Source of the DNA: Tortispora ganteri
Lineage: Eukaryota
Assembly (NCBI GenBank): GCA_003707115.1
Contig: PPNB01000007.1
Location: 248,001-312,000, forward strand
Direction of reading: 5' to 3'
Length of the DNA: 64,000 nt
The number at the start of each line of letters is the position of its first letter. The stretch's first letter is position 1. This document shows positions 28,479-39,901 of the stretch, piece by piece. Under the pieces are notes generated by a model, which ran no database searches, was not told the DNA's origin, and was given only the letters and a program-made list of their open reading frames with translations. The position numbers and the translations under genes were made by a program.

Positions 28479-29795
28479 CTAGGTTCCAAAGTACCTAGAA
28501 TCTATAAATCGGGGGACCATTTCGTCAGTCGGCTTTCCAACTATCAACCGAATCTTCGGGAACGCTTTCAGGATTCGCATAATTCCTAGTCTCGACGCTA
28601 AGAATGTAATAAATATGATATTCTGCTCAGAAACGCCGTGATCTAACATCACCTGAATTGACATTAAAGCTGCTGCCCCTGAACCAACTTGCGGATCCGT
28701 TAGAATGACTGTATCGTTTGTGATGCATTTCGGCAGCTTTTCGTAGCGCAATGTAGGTTCGCCCGTAGCTGTGTCAGAAAGAATCAGAAGACGACCAAAT
28801 GACATTTCTGGTACTGTTCGCCTAAACGCAATATCGAAGGTGCCACCGGCACGCAAAATCGCCACACCGGTTATTGATTTGGTGAATCGCAATCCCTTGT
28901 ATTCCATGCCAGTGGCCGTAGTGACGCTCTGTTCTACGACTTCCAATGCGTCCAGCGCGTGTTCAATTAGAATAGTCGCAATTCGTTCAAAGTAGAAAAT
29001 GAAGTCTTCCATAGACGTAGTCCTGTCCATTATAATTGTGGAAAGACCTTCAAACTGAGGAGTTTGCGGGACTATTAATAGATTATCGCAATTGAAGACT
29101 GTCTTGTCAGTGCTTAGCGACTCTAGCTGTTCTTTCTGTTGAGCTGCTTTCTGCTTTAAGGCCTGCCGGACAAGGGCGACCAGCATATCTATTGCCACAT
29201 AATTGTCGCTGCCACGTGTTATAAGTATGTCTGCATACTTAGAAGTAGGCAAGACCTTCTCAATATAGTTCGGTTTGACAAATCGAAACCATTGGGCAAT
29301 AATACCGTCAAGGTCTCGACCGCGATGCGCCATATCCCTGAGAGTTCTACGAGCTAAACAAACGTCCATATCAGCGTCTACAAAGACTTTTGTATCAAAT
29401 AGTTGCCTGATGCGTTCGTCATAGAGAGCGTATATACCTTCTATGATAACCACATAGGGCGCATACACTGACACAGTCTTCTCAGTGCGTGTGTGCGTAT
29501 TGAAAGCGTATTGGGGTACATAGATACGCTTTCCTTGTTTCAATCGCTTCACATCCTCGTATAACAGGTCCCATTCCAAAGCTTCAGGCGCGTCGAAGTC
29601 GTACTCACATCGTAAAGCCTTTTCATGCTGATCGTCCGTCAACTGTTTGTAGTAGCTATCGGTCGATATCACAACTGTCCACGGCACATTCAGTTTGTTG
29701 ATAACAGTGCTAACTACACTAGACTTGCCACTTCCGCTTCCGCCTGCAACGCCTATGAATAATGGCTCGTTCCATGGCGGATGGTATGTGGCCAT
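28479..29795 (-). CDS. URK1: Uridine kinase with C-terminal UPRTase-like domain
   Basis: YHPPW, IGVAGGSGSGKS, DFDAPEA, IIEGIYALYD, LARRTLRD, FIFYFERIA, SRYFGT. Confidence 0.95.
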   Translation of the reverse strand: MATYHPPWNEPLFIGVAGGSGSGKSSVVSTVINKLNVPWTVVISTDSYYKQLTDDQHEKALRCEYDFDAPEALEWDLLYEDVKRLKQGKRIYVPQYAFNTHTRTEKTVSVYAPYVVIIEGIYALYDERIRQLFDTKVFVDADMDVCLARRTLRDMAHRGRDLDGIIAQWFRFVKPNYIEKVLPTSKYADILITRGSDNYVAIDMLVALVRQALKQKAAQQKEQLESLSTDKTVFNCDNLLIVPQTPQFEGLSTIIMDRTTSMEDFIFYFERIATILIEHALDALEVVEQSVTTATGMEYKGLRFTKSITGVAILRAGGTFDIAFRRTVPEMSFGRLLILSDTATGEPTLRYEKLPKCITNDTVILTDPQVGSGAAALMSIQVMLDHGVSEQNIIFITFLASRLGIMRILKAFPKIRLIVGKPTDEMVPRFIDSRYFGT

Positions 29796-30064
29796 AGCAG
29801 GCTAAATATATAGTGGGGTGGTTGAGAAGAGTCGGTGCAGTGGTCACCGTTCCCGTGCCAAGGGCAAGATTTCGACCCCGTCAAAATCTTATTTTTCTCT
29901 TGTCATCTTTCTGCTATAACCGGAACCGGCTTTTATTTGATTAGTATATTGTCTATTAGCTTTTATTTTTTTTTACGGCAAACTACCATGTAATCGCTGA
30001 GGCCACGGTGGTTAAAACTCCGTAATCGACGTTATCAAAGGCCGTCGTCGCCATGTCACGCGAG

Positions 30065-31369
30065 TCACACATTCACTTCAAGATCGCCCGGCTGAAATTG
30101 AACAAGCCCAAGCGAATCCTCGTACACGTCAAGCCACTGTAGTTCGTCAATATCTTTCGTTGATTCTTTGATCTCATTAACCAGTTCCTCGAGTACGATT
30201 ATTACAACCGCATCGTTACCCCCGGCGCCAGGCACAACACCGCCTATTATGCCCGGAACATTGTTCAGTTTGTCCAGCAACTCTGTTTGTTCCACAGGCT
30301 CAATGGGAACCCCAGATAGATCACCCATCTGTCGCAACAGCTCGCGAATTCTCAAGAATTGTTGTCGAATGACACGTAGCTGGTTACCAACAGCGTTGTC
30401 CACATAAAGCGATTCAATACAAGCCCGAAGGTCAGCCAGATAGCCCGACTCGTTTTGTTTGCTCATGTCGTTAAGAGTTCCAAGTGACTCAAGCACAGCC
30501 ATGTTCGATTTGTCGAGTTCTCTCCAAAGCTCGGTCGAATCAGGGTCGGATTTGCGCCATTCAAGAACCTTCGACACCATCTTCGGCGTCTCGGAGCCTC
30601 CTTTGACATCACCTAGCATAAGCCGCAGCCCCTTTGGTACGGCGCAACTGTTTTTATCAAGTCGCCAAGACGACTTCGCAAGCCTTTGTACGGATTTGCT
30701 GAAGTCTTGGAATGACCCAATAGCCATGTTTAACGCATCCTGAAGGTGTTCAGGCTGAAATCTTCTATACTTTATGCTGCCGAACACCGCCGAGGCGATA
30801 TCAAACCCGGAACCAATTTTGCCTTGTGCTAAACAGTGTGAAAGTTGGCTCAATTTATGTACTATCTCATAATCGTCGCTGTTACCGAGAATATCCATCT
30901 TCCCGTAGTAGCTCATCAAACATGCCATAAGACTGGACGTTAACGCCGCAGACGATCCCAGTCCAGTCTTTGGAACCTCATTAATTTTTTTTCCATAGTA
31001 TGGAAACTGTTCCGTTCCGGATCGGTCCTCCTGTGACTGGAACCCGCGGTCTGAGTAGATCGTGATGTCTATACCTGTCAATTTAGACCAAGAACCTAGA
31101 TACGCAGCTGCAACTTTTAGTGCCGTAAATATAAACACATTGTTTGTTCCATTAACAGTTTCTAGACCATTTTCAGTTAATTTGAACTTCCATTCAGCAC
31201 CTAAGAACTGTGGACTTCGTACTAGGATCTCCTCCCGATCAGAGGCTTCAAGCTTACAGTACATCCGCGCAGACAGACCCAGTACGTACCCACAGTACGC
31301 GCTGTCAAGCACCAGGTAGCCACCTACAAGCAATACCTTCCCAGGAGCGCTAAAACAAACGGTACTCAT
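30065..31369 (-). CDS. ERG8: Phosphomevalonate kinase
   Basis: FSAPGKVLLVGGYLVLD, PKTGLGSSAA, AQGKIGSGFD, GGSETPKMV, VPGAGGNDA. Confidence 0.96.
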   Translation of the reverse strand: MSTVCFSAPGKVLLVGGYLVLDSAYCGYVLGLSARMYCKLEASDREEILVRSPQFLGAEWKFKLTENGLETVNGTNNVFIFTALKVAAAYLGSWSKLTGIDITIYSDRGFQSQEDRSGTEQFPYYGKKINEVPKTGLGSSAALTSSLMACLMSYYGKMDILGNSDDYEIVHKLSQLSHCLAQGKIGSGFDIASAVFGSIKYRRFQPEHLQDALNMAIGSFQDFSKSVQRLAKSSWRLDKNSCAVPKGLRLMLGDVKGGSETPKMVSKVLEWRKSDPDSTELWRELDKSNMAVLESLGTLNDMSKQNESGYLADLRACIESLYVDNAVGNQLRVIRQQFLRIRELLRQMGDLSGVPIEPVEQTELLDKLNNVPGIIGGVVPGAGGNDAVVIIVLEELVNEIKESTKDIDELQWLDVYEDSLGLVQFQPGDLEVNV

Positions 31370-31484
31370 GGATTATTCAAACAACTAACCCCGTAATAGC
31401 CGTTGAAAACAGCCTCAAAGTGACACACACACGTTCTAAGTACTTAAAATAAACGAATCGCGAAACGTGTTACCGGAACAAAAA

Positions 31485-31498
31485 GTTGTCATAGCAAC
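31485..31498. promoter_or_regulatory. RFX X-box GTTGTCATAGCAAC in the ERG8/PPR divergent promoter
   Basis: 14-bp near-palindrome matching the X-box consensus. Confidence 0.5.
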
Positions 31499-31669
31499 GG
31501 TAACATCAACTTTTCCTCTGTATACCCGAGATGGACTCGTTCCGCAAAATTCAATCAATTCCTGCTCCTCGATTTCCTTTCCTTTTCGAAACACGTTTCG
31601 CTTATCCTTTTTATTTACTTATTTTATTGTTTAGGTAATCGAGTGCGTGAGGGCTACTGACAGTGAATC

Positions 31670-34600
31670 ATGGTATTAAGGATAAGCCCATTGACAAGGC
31701 CTGCGGCTTATGTCAAGGCCTTTTTTGTGGCCACCGGCCAGTCCTACACCCCATCATTCTTTGTCTCTTCTGCTGTCCTTAGAAGACAGCAGGGTGTGCC
31801 TTCTGATGCATTGGTGCTTAAGAGCTTTCACACATCTGTGGGTGCCGAGTCCACCAACGGCCCCGAATTCGGCTCATCTTCGGCGCAGTGCTTGTTTGTC
31901 TGCGCTCCATATAATGTTCAAGTCTCTTCTTTCGATGACGAGAAAAAAGCCACTGATGCTCCCACAAGAACGAATACTACACGCTATGTTACCGGTTTGA
32001 AACCCTCATTACGCAGAAGTTATTCGACGTCTTCCTTAGATTCTAGCTTGAAGACCGAGGCGCATCAGCCTGATATAGACGCTCCTATACTGATTTCTTC
32101 CGATCGCGCAGCGCAGCAGCATGCCGCTGACCACAAAATCCTTACCGATTTAAAGGGCAGGTTCCGCAAGAACTCCGCTCTTGTTAACCATACGCCCGTG
32201 GTTTCTGTGCGAAGTATGACAGTCGGCAGAAAACGACTCAGTGTAAATGCTCGACGCCAAGCGGCCAAGTTCCTTTCTTCCTGCTCATCGTCAGACTTAG
32301 CAGACAGGATCACATATCTCTCTTCTAATCGAAAATTTACAGAAGCATTCTATATTTTCCAGGAAGCAGAAAGAAACGTTCCCAACATATTGTCTAAATC
32401 CGTTTATTCAGCTACTTTACGTTGTTTGGCAGATGCCTTGAAGAACAACTACGCTTCTCCAGAAGATGTCATCGTTGTATACACAGGTATGATATCTAAA
32501 CAGATCGTTCCTGATGTTGCGGATTATTCTGTTGTTATCTCCAGTCTATGCCATAGTTTTTTCCAGGCTCAAAGTGAGCTAAAAACATTAAATACCATCC
32601 GATCTTGGAATAATGACAAACTGTTACCTGCATATAAGTACCGCCACAACTTCCTACGAAAGAGTGATAGCTTAAGCTCTGCATTGGACATTTTCTTTGC
32701 CACTTACCACGTCAGAACACCAACATACCATGTTTCACTCTACAATGATCTGATTCGCGCTTGTGCTCAGATTGGCTATGTTGACGAGGCTTTGAAGGTT
32801 CTAAAACATATGGAACAAAGTAATGTTTCTTATAACGCAGATACTTTTATCTCGTTAATGAGGTTGTATTCAGTCGCCGATATGCCAGACATGGTTGAAG
32901 AAGTGTTTCAAGAATACAAGTCGTACTCTTCTAGTTTAATTGAGCTAAAAGAGGTGGAAGTCTACTCTGAACTAGTAGCTAGTTATTTTCGTGCGGGAAA
33001 GCCAGATCTTGGCCTGGCATTTGTTGAAAAATTCTTGGAACAAAGAACTCTTACCAAAGAATACTTCCCTCTATTTGATGAGCTCATTACGGGTTTTGCT
33101 TCTTTAGATATGCTAGATTCCGCTTGGAAATGGGTCGAACAATATAACAATAATGCTTTCGGATTGAAAGCTTCTCCGAAATCTTTGAGTACAATTATCT
33201 CTGCTGCGTGTGCTTCTGGAGATCTCGATTTTGCGGCAAAGGTCGTAACCACTCTTAAAGATTATGAAGTTTCTGATAACTCTGTGTTTGGTGGAGCCCT
33301 TGAAATGTTTTTGAATAAAGCGATTTCTGCGGATGATTTACCGAAAGTCAAGTTAGGGCTGGAAGCTCTCAGAGCAAGCTCGGCTGGTCTAGATGCTATC
33401 TCTTTAGGCAACCTTGCGGTTTACTACCTTTCAGATTTTTCAAGAGGTTCACTAGATGAGGTTAATATTGCTGTTGTTTCTGTAAAGGATTCTAAAGCGG
33501 CATTTATTGATTCCATTTTGTCCGTATACACGCGACTTTCATCTGCACAAGGTAATGTTTCTCCTGATTGCTTGAAGGAAATTGTGAAATTAGGTATAGC
33601 AAACACACAAATTGCTGACGAACTTCTTCGCGTAACAGACCCTTCTGATTGGATGAAGATTATGCTACATTACTTTAAGGATGTTGTCGCGGTAGATGAG
33701 TCTTCTTTTAAGGATATAACTGGGTATCGTCTTAGATGCTTTTTAAGGATGCTGGTTAATTTGGCTGGAAGATTGACAGGCGTTTATGCTCAGAGAAGAC
33801 CTAACAATTTGTCAGTGAAGTTTGTTGATGGCCCTTCTCCTGCAAGATTGTCGTTGGAAAGGAATGAGCGCAGAGAACTGTTGAACTGTTTAACTACCTA
33901 TGCACCTGGTATTGCTGCCCTTGCTCAAGAAGAATATGGGTTATCCAACGCCGCATCGGATACTGTAGTTAAAGAAGCACTAGCGGAAGTGACTGCGTTT
34001 GTTGAACTTGTTGGTGCTAGCGAATTGCAGAAGGAATGGAAAGACTATATATCGTTAGCAAACAAGCAACTTATTGAAGCGGGATTTGACGTTAATAAGT
34101 CTAATTCAATTTTGGACATGCTTTCACCTCCATTCAACGTTCCAGATGAGAAACTAATTTCGATCATCGAGAGCGCTGATCCTTCTAAGAATAAGCTCAC
34201 AGGTTCTGTTTTTGCGTTAAGTATTATTCATCTATGTGTTAGACGACGCAAGATGATCTATTTTGATCGCATCATGAATTCCGCAGTGAAGCATCTAGGT
34301 GCCCCGCAGATTGAGGACGAACTATCTAGAAGAAATTGGGGCTCCGTTTATGATGCTTGTTTACGGCTGAACTCTAATTCATTAGAAAATGCTCAGTACT
34401 ATGCGAGCCGGTTGAAAGAGTTTGGTGTTACTCTTTCTGCTGATGCATATGCTGGTTATTTAACTGTTCTATGCTCTGATGAGTTTTCTCCTCAAGATGT
34501 TTTGAATATTTTCCAGGAGGCTAAAGACAATGGCGTAATTCCGAATCAATACATGTATAATGTTGGAATTTCACGCTTGGCGAAAATTCGTCGATTTATT

Positions 34601-35509
34601 GATGCGAAAGCACTTTTCGACGAAATGGATAGTCATAATATTCCTAAGAGTGCTATGACTTGGGGAAGCATTATCAATGGCGCCCTTCGCGACAATAAAG
34701 AGGATATCGCAGAGCGCTTATATGATGAGTATAAGGGTCAAGATTGCTTTTCTCCTCACTGTGCTACTATTAATGCATTTTTACAGCACTATCTACAAAC
34801 TGGTAACATCCAGAAGTTCTTAGAGCACTACGAAGAGTTCACTAATTATGGTGTATCTAAATCAAGCCATACTTATGTGCTGCAGATGTCATTTTATTCT
34901 AGTATCATGAAATCGCAATCTGACGTTCTGAATAGTCTAGTGGAAATGAGAGCTAATGGAATTGTACCTGGGGAGGCACATTATGGTGCTGTTATTCGCG
35001 CCTACGGTATATACGGCAATGACTTGGACTCTATGGAGAAGTTTGTTGAAGAGCTACCTACAGGATATAGCATACGAGACAATGTGGCGCAAGCTATTGT
35101 TGAATCGTATGGTCACCATGGAAAGATTGAGCCTATTCTAAAGCTTCTCAGAGATAGAGAAGCGAATGGATTGAGCCCCACGCCATATCTGTACAGTGCT
35201 CTTATTAGGTCTTATGGCATTGCGGGCGACTTAGAGAACGCCGAGAAGGTGTTTAAGGAAACTACATTGGACAAACGAGAGCCGACTACGTACGAATCCA
35301 TGCTAAGAGTGTATTTGCATTTTGGAAAAGTTGAGGAGGCTAGTGCTATTGTTACAGACCTGTGCAAACGTGCCGAATATGCGCTGCCGCTTAACCGCGA
35401 ACTGAAGAACATGGTTTCACGTTATGAAATAGTTAAAGACGATCCCGAGCTATTGGAGGAATTTACGAAACCGGAGTTTTTGGAGGATTACTTATTCCGA
35501 GAGTATTAA
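31670..35509 (+). CDS. Large mitochondrial pentatricopeptide-repeat (PPR) protein
   Basis: Multiple 35-aa PPR-type units (YNDLIRACAQIGYVDEALKVLKHMEQSNV; PNQYMYNVGISRL; TWGSIING; YSALIRSYGIAGDLENAEKVF) in N- and C-terminal clusters. Confidence 0.88.
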   Translation: MVLRISPLTRPAAYVKAFFVATGQSYTPSFFVSSAVLRRQQGVPSDALVLKSFHTSVGAESTNGPEFGSSSAQCLFVCAPYNVQVSSFDDEKKATDAPTRTNTTRYVTGLKPSLRRSYSTSSLDSSLKTEAHQPDIDAPILISSDRAAQQHAADHKILTDLKGRFRKNSALVNHTPVVSVRSMTVGRKRLSVNARRQAAKFLSSCSSSDLADRITYLSSNRKFTEAFYIFQEAERNVPNILSKSVYSATLRCLADALKNNYASPEDVIVVYTGMISKQIVPDVADYSVVISSLCHSFFQAQSELKTLNTIRSWNNDKLLPAYKYRHNFLRKSDSLSSALDIFFATYHVRTPTYHVSLYNDLIRACAQIGYVDEALKVLKHMEQSNVSYNADTFISLMRLYSVADMPDMVEEVFQEYKSYSSSLIELKEVEVYSELVASYFRAGKPDLGLAFVEKFLEQRTLTKEYFPLFDELITGFASLDMLDSAWKWVEQYNNNAFGLKASPKSLSTIISAACASGDLDFAAKVVTTLKDYEVSDNSVFGGALEMFLNKAISADDLPKVKLGLEALRASSAGLDAISLGNLAVYYLSDFSRGSLDEVNIAVVSVKDSKAAFIDSILSVYTRLSSAQGNVSPDCLKEIVKLGIANTQIADELLRVTDPSDWMKIMLHYFKDVVAVDESSFKDITGYRLRCFLRMLVNLAGRLTGVYAQRRPNNLSVKFVDGPSPARLSLERNERRELLNCLTTYAPGIAALAQEEYGLSNAASDTVVKEALAEVTAFVELVGASELQKEWKDYISLANKQLIEAGFDVNKSNSILDMLSPPFNVPDEKLISIIESADPSKNKLTGSVFALSIIHLCVRRRKMIYFDRIMNSAVKHLGAPQIEDELSRRNWGSVYDACLRLNSNSLENAQYYASRLKEFGVTLSADAYAGYLTVLCSDEFSPQDVLNIFQEAKDNGVIPNQYMYNVGISRLAKIRRFIDAKALFDEMDSHNIPKSAMTWGSIINGALRDNKEDIAERLYDEYKGQDCFSPHCATINAFLQHYLQTGNIQKFLEHYEEFTNYGVSKSSHTYVLQMSFYSSIMKSQSDVLNSLVEMRANGIVPGEAHYGAVIRAYGIYGNDLDSMEKFVEELPTGYSIRDNVAQAIVESYGHHGKIEPILKLLRDREANGLSPTPYLYSALIRSYGIAGDLENAEKVFKETTLDKREPTTYESMLRVYLHFGKVEEASAIVTDLCKRAEYALPLNRELKNMVSRYEIVKDDPELLEEFTKPEFLEDYLFREY

Positions 35510-35733
35510 GAATCCTCGATGTATATAACGAACTACACTTTTATGATAGAACGCATGATTGACGGGAGCGCATGCAGTTGGACGAAAGAATATATATATC
35601 TTGATGTCTAATTTTTTAGAAACCTTTCTATACAAACTATTCACATTTGCCACTATTAGCAGAAATATTATGACGCTGAGAAATAAGAGTATGTAGAGGT
35701 ATAGTGTATAAGTATTTACAAACGATATAGGCA

Positions 35734-36345
35734 TTAATAGGTTGTTAGTCTTGAATTGATCGAACGGACTTTTCGATCCTTTTTCGGAATGAAAGGAGTA
35801 GCGGCATCCGGCAGTACAGCGAGACCGTCTACCTCGGGATCTTCGGACATAAACTTCATTGGCTGGTCGAAGAAGTGGTCAAAGCGGATGATCGACCATT
35901 TAGCGATGTGCTTAGAAGCTCCAATGTCCTGTTTTAGACGAAACAAGTCGGGCTGTGTATAGTCTATTTTAGGCCAGATGAACGGTTGGTCCATTTCGAT
36001 TGTCATTTTTTTGACTTGTTTTGGTCTTGGAAACTGGCCTGTGGAGATAGCATAGGTCCGACGGACAGGCTGGAGCTGTGTAGTGATGCTTTTGGCAGCG
36101 AGGCCATAAATGTTCCATAGATAGTCGCGTAGCATGAGCTTATTAAAATGCAGAGGAACAATAAATTTAGCCTGGTAGGGCGACAGGCGGGGATTAGGAT
36201 GGAGCAGTGTAATCGTTTCCTTTGGTAGGTAATCTTTCAAAAGGCCAGTCTTAAAAGGGGCTTTTGATGCGGCAGTTGACTCCGGAGCAATAATATCAGA
36301 TATCTGTGCAGCAGAAGACGCCAGTCTGCGTATTCCACGAGTCAT
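35734..36345 (-). CDS. MRP20: Mitochondrial ribosomal protein uL23m
   Basis: PYQAKFIVPLHFNKLMLRDYLWNIYGL, KKMTIEMDQPFIWP; ATG at 36345 (MTRGIRRLAS). Confidence 0.9.
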   Translation of the reverse strand: MTRGIRRLASSAAQISDIIAPESTAASKAPFKTGLLKDYLPKETITLLHPNPRLSPYQAKFIVPLHFNKLMLRDYLWNIYGLAAKSITTQLQPVRRTYAISTGQFPRPKQVKKMTIEMDQPFIWPKIDYTQPDLFRLKQDIGASKHIAKWSIIRFDHFFDQPMKFMSEDPEVDGLAVLPDAATPFIPKKDRKVRSINSRLTTY

Positions 36346-36455
36346 AGTGGAAAGTAACAGGGCGCTAAAATGATAGTCGGAGAGGGACAGGTAAAAACGC
36401 TCGCGCAAGCTTTCCACTAGGTGGAAAAAAGTTGTGAAGTTCTGAGGGTGGAGTG

Positions 36456-36469
36456 GTTGCCACGACAAC
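36456..36469. promoter_or_regulatory. RFX X-box-like GTTGCCACGACAAC in the MRP20/beta-tubulin divergent promoter
   Basis: 14-bp near-palindrome GTTG..CAAC with X-box spacing. Confidence 0.4.
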
Positions 36470-36723
36470 AACAAAGAAGTAACTTTGGTATACGCATGTC
36501 TCGAAAAACAAAAATCCCCTTTTGACACATCTATCGAACGAAAACACACGCAAACAAAAGAAAAAAGACGTGGTAATTTGCAATCACGTTTCTTGTATTT
36601 ATTGTTTACTGCTGTGATTTATTGTTTACCCTTTTGATAAATAACCGTGTTTGAGTACCGTTTGACACAAACATAGATAAGCCACATACCTTCCCGTACC
36701 CGAAGTAAACAAATAGACTACAA

Positions 36724-38215
36724 ATGCGTGAAATCGTTTCCATCCAGTGCGGACAGGCAGGTAAGTAGAAATTAAAGCAGATAGACGGAAATATATTTTG
36801 CAAAAACGCGTGAAAAACGCCTTGATATCGTCTCAATTGTGCTGGCATGTTACTAACCACAATGAAAACTTTTAGGTAACCAAATTGCTACCGCGTTTTG
36901 GCAAGGAATCACCCAGGAACATGGGATCGATAAAGATGGCTCACTGACTGAAAAGAGCCACGAAGTATCCGACCGTCTTGAAGTGTTTTTCTCTCAGGTC
37001 AGAGATCATAGGTACGTGCCTCGTGCAATCGCTGTCGATCTTGAACCTGCCACTTTAGACACAATTCGCTCCGGTCCGCTAGGAAACTTGTATCGCCCGG
37101 ACAATTTTATCGGCGGTGAATCTGGTGCAGGAAATAACTGGGCTAAAGGATATTATACCGAAGGTGCTGAACTAGCAGATTCAGTTATGGACACTCTGAG
37201 AAGGGAAACCGAACAGTGCGACTTGCTGCAAGGCTTCCAAGTGACCCATTCACTCGGTGGTGGTACTGGTTCTGGTATGGGTACATTGCTGCTATCTAAG
37301 ATCCGTGAAGAGTATCCTGATCGTATGCTAGCTACTTACTCCGTACTGCCTTCTCCGAAAGTTTCCGATACAGTCACTGAACCTTACAATGCTGTTCTTG
37401 CTATGAACCAGCTCATTGAGGCTGCTGACGAGACTTTCTGTTTAGACAATGAAGCTCTTTATGATATTTGCACCCGTACTCTCAAGGTGCAACAGCCAGA
37501 CTACCCTCACCTCAACAGACTCATTGCGCTAGTCATGTCTGGTGTCACTACTGGCTTTAGATTCCCCGGTCAACTTAACGGAGATTTGCGCAAGTTAGCT
37601 GTCAATCTTATTCCGTTCCCTAGATTGCATTTCTTTATCGCTGGATACGCTCCTCTCTACTCTAATGCGTCCAAACTGTTTCAGGGGCTCTCTGTCCCTG
37701 AGCTCACTAGCCAACTTTTCAATCCTAACAATATGATGGCTGCGTGCAACCCATACAACGGGCGCTACTTGACAGCTTCGACAATTTTCAGAGGAAAAGT
37801 TTCTACCAAAGAAGTTGAAGAGACTGTTTCCTCTATGTGCAGCAAGAACTCATCATACTTTGTTGAATGGATCCCCAACAATGTGCAGACTTCAGTATGT
37901 AACGTTCCTCCTTCTGACGTTCCTACAGCTGCCACATTCATAGGAAACTCTACTGCGATCCAAGAACTGTTTGTGCGTACACATACTCAATTCACTGCCA
38001 TGTTCAGGCGAAAAGCTTTCTTGCACTGGTACACATCAGAAGGTATGGATGAGATGGAGTTTACCGAAGCAGAGAGCAATCTACAAGATCTTATTACCGA
38101 ATATCAGCAATATGAGCAAGCTGGCGTTGAGGACGATTACGGCGAGGAAGTATATGAAGGAGAAATGTATGAGCAAGGCTATCAAGAGGGCGAGCCTGAA
38201 TACCCTGAGAACTAA
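36724..38215 (+). CDS. TUB2: Beta-tubulin (divergent); two exons (36724-36760, 36876-38215)
   Basis: MREIV start, [38 protein letters not shown], acidic tail; may be a paralogue rather than the main TUB2. Confidence 0.95.
36761..36875 (+). other. Spliceosomal intron in beta-tubulin (115 nt)
   Basis: GTAAGT...TACTAAC(36851-36857)...TTTAG; gives in-frame GQAG-NQI. Confidence 0.93.
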
Positions 38216-39406
38216 TCAATGTGACCTAGAAGTCATTGAAATGTTCCTGCCATTGCTTGTGTTGTTCGTGGGATATATTCTTTTTTGAGAACGTGTGTTT
38301 TAATATTTTGCTTTTATTATGCTTTTGCATGCGTAGATTGTATTTAAACCTGAATTAATTTTAATTGTGCCATTTAATTTCCAGTAACTATCAAGATCAG
38401 CTTCTACAGGATTGTAAAATTGCTTAGGGGAGATATGGCTATGTGCATTTTGGTCATAGAGTTGAAAAGCCATACAGTGATCTGCTATAATTCGCACAGT
38501 GTCAAGATTGGAGAAACCCAAATGTGTTTTTAGGTATTCCCAGCTAGTTGAGTGCAAACAATATAGACAATGATGTTAGATTCATTTGAAACAATGATAT
38601 CAGTAGTAATTGAGTTAGTTTATGGTAAATAGAACTGAATAGTGACGAAAGCATATTCAGATAAACAAGGAGAACAAACCAAAAAATGTGCGAATTTTCA
38701 TCAGCTATAGTAGTGTTTTAGGCACATGTACCGGATAAGAAGTTTGAAGAAAGACTGAGCTGATCCAAACCATGATTAGAAGCTCGTGCAACATCTTTGC
38801 ATCATATCCAGCTTAAGGAGTGGATACGCTCGCATAGCAAGTCGTTGAAATTTCTAGACTGCAACATAGAAGCTCAATTACATTCACATGTACTGAAATA
38901 AAGCCATAGAATTATGAGCAACCCAGCAAAGCGAAGATCATTTCGGTTACTTGGTTGGCCGAGATTTGACTGGAGGTGCGCAGGCAGAGAAATTGTTGAT
39001 ATTACCACAGTAGTTTCATTATCAGTATAGACTGTTTCAGTTTGAGATGCTATAGGCGGACACAGTGGACAGATTATCAGTAGTGACGACTGCAGAGGGT
39101 CCAATGAATGAAGTATATGCAAAATAGCGCAGATAAGGAAGGACAATGTACGACGTAGTAAGTAGCGATTAGTGATAGAGATAGCTGGTAATACCTAAAA
39201 GAGCAAACTAAATGTGTATAGTTTTAGAAATTCTGCATGAATTTTCACCATCCATCACTTTATTGCCTAATTTAGTATTAATAAAGATGTGATGTTTATC
39301 TGATAGGTAAAATGCCTTTATTATTGTAAACCTAGGGGAGAACTCGTTTATCTTGACGAATTAGGTATTAATTGATCATGAATTTTAAGTTCATACGTGG
39401 CTGCTC

Positions 39407-39414
39407 TCCGTGGA
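39407..39414. promoter_or_regulatory. PDRE-like Zn2Cys6 site TCCGTGGA upstream of the RTA1-like gene
   Basis: Exact match to a known PDRE variant about 490 bp upstream of the ATG; TATA-like TATATAA near 39783. Confidence 0.4.
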
Positions 39415-39901
39415 CACAGATGTCCGCCTATTGGTTGTTAATTTTCAAAAATTTTAAGGTTTGTAAGAAATTGACACCGTCCACGTCACCTCGTTACCGA
39501 TTATCGTTTTGAATGGGTTTCTTGGGTTATTTCGCTGCTCCATAATTTTACAGTATTATGCAAGAGTCTTTGCAATTGGAATTGCTGTTTCAGCTGTTCA
39601 CCTTATACAACCGTATGACCTATTAATTAAATCAGCTGTTGTTTTGAAATTTGAAATTTCAATTTTGAATTGCTAATCAGCTCTTGTTTTGACAGGTTTT
39701 CTTATCTTTTGTTTGAATCGCTTCACTGTTTAAACTGTATTTCGCCTGCACTGGGGCTAAGGCGACAGTACGCGTCTCACCTTATATAATGGCATTAAGT
39801 GCCTCAACCCCCCCCTTTGCACCTTTTTCTTCTTTAACCTCATCTGCACTTCCTTCTACTTCTCTTTCAAATTCATACTCTTCACTTCAAATTTGACCAT
39901 C

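Noticed and set aside
29824..29899. tRNA-like cloverleaf on the + strand in the URK1 promoter (GGTG/CACC D-like stem with AGTGGT loop, CCC-GTGCCAA-GGG arm, TTCGA)
   Set aside because: No T-stem can form around TTCGA, the B-box lacks its G, and arm spacing is wrong; probably chance or at most a remnant. tRNAscan-SE would settle it.
31635..31663. GTAATC...TACTGACAG upstream of the PPR ATG, as an intron joining an upstream ORF from 31531
   Set aside because: Only 29 nt with non-consensus signals, and the join is out of frame; a 5' UTR intron cannot be excluded without RNA data
37220..37300. Alternative yeast genetic code (CUG = Ser or Ala)
   Set aside because: CTG occurs at conserved Leu positions in beta-tubulin (LQGFQ and GTLL motifs), consistent with the standard code
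38300..39146. Short ORFs in the TUB2-RTA1 spacer, and possible LTR or transposon remnants
   Set aside because: Non-ATG starts, no domain motifs, and no TG...CA boundaries with target-site duplication or terminal repeats that I could identify
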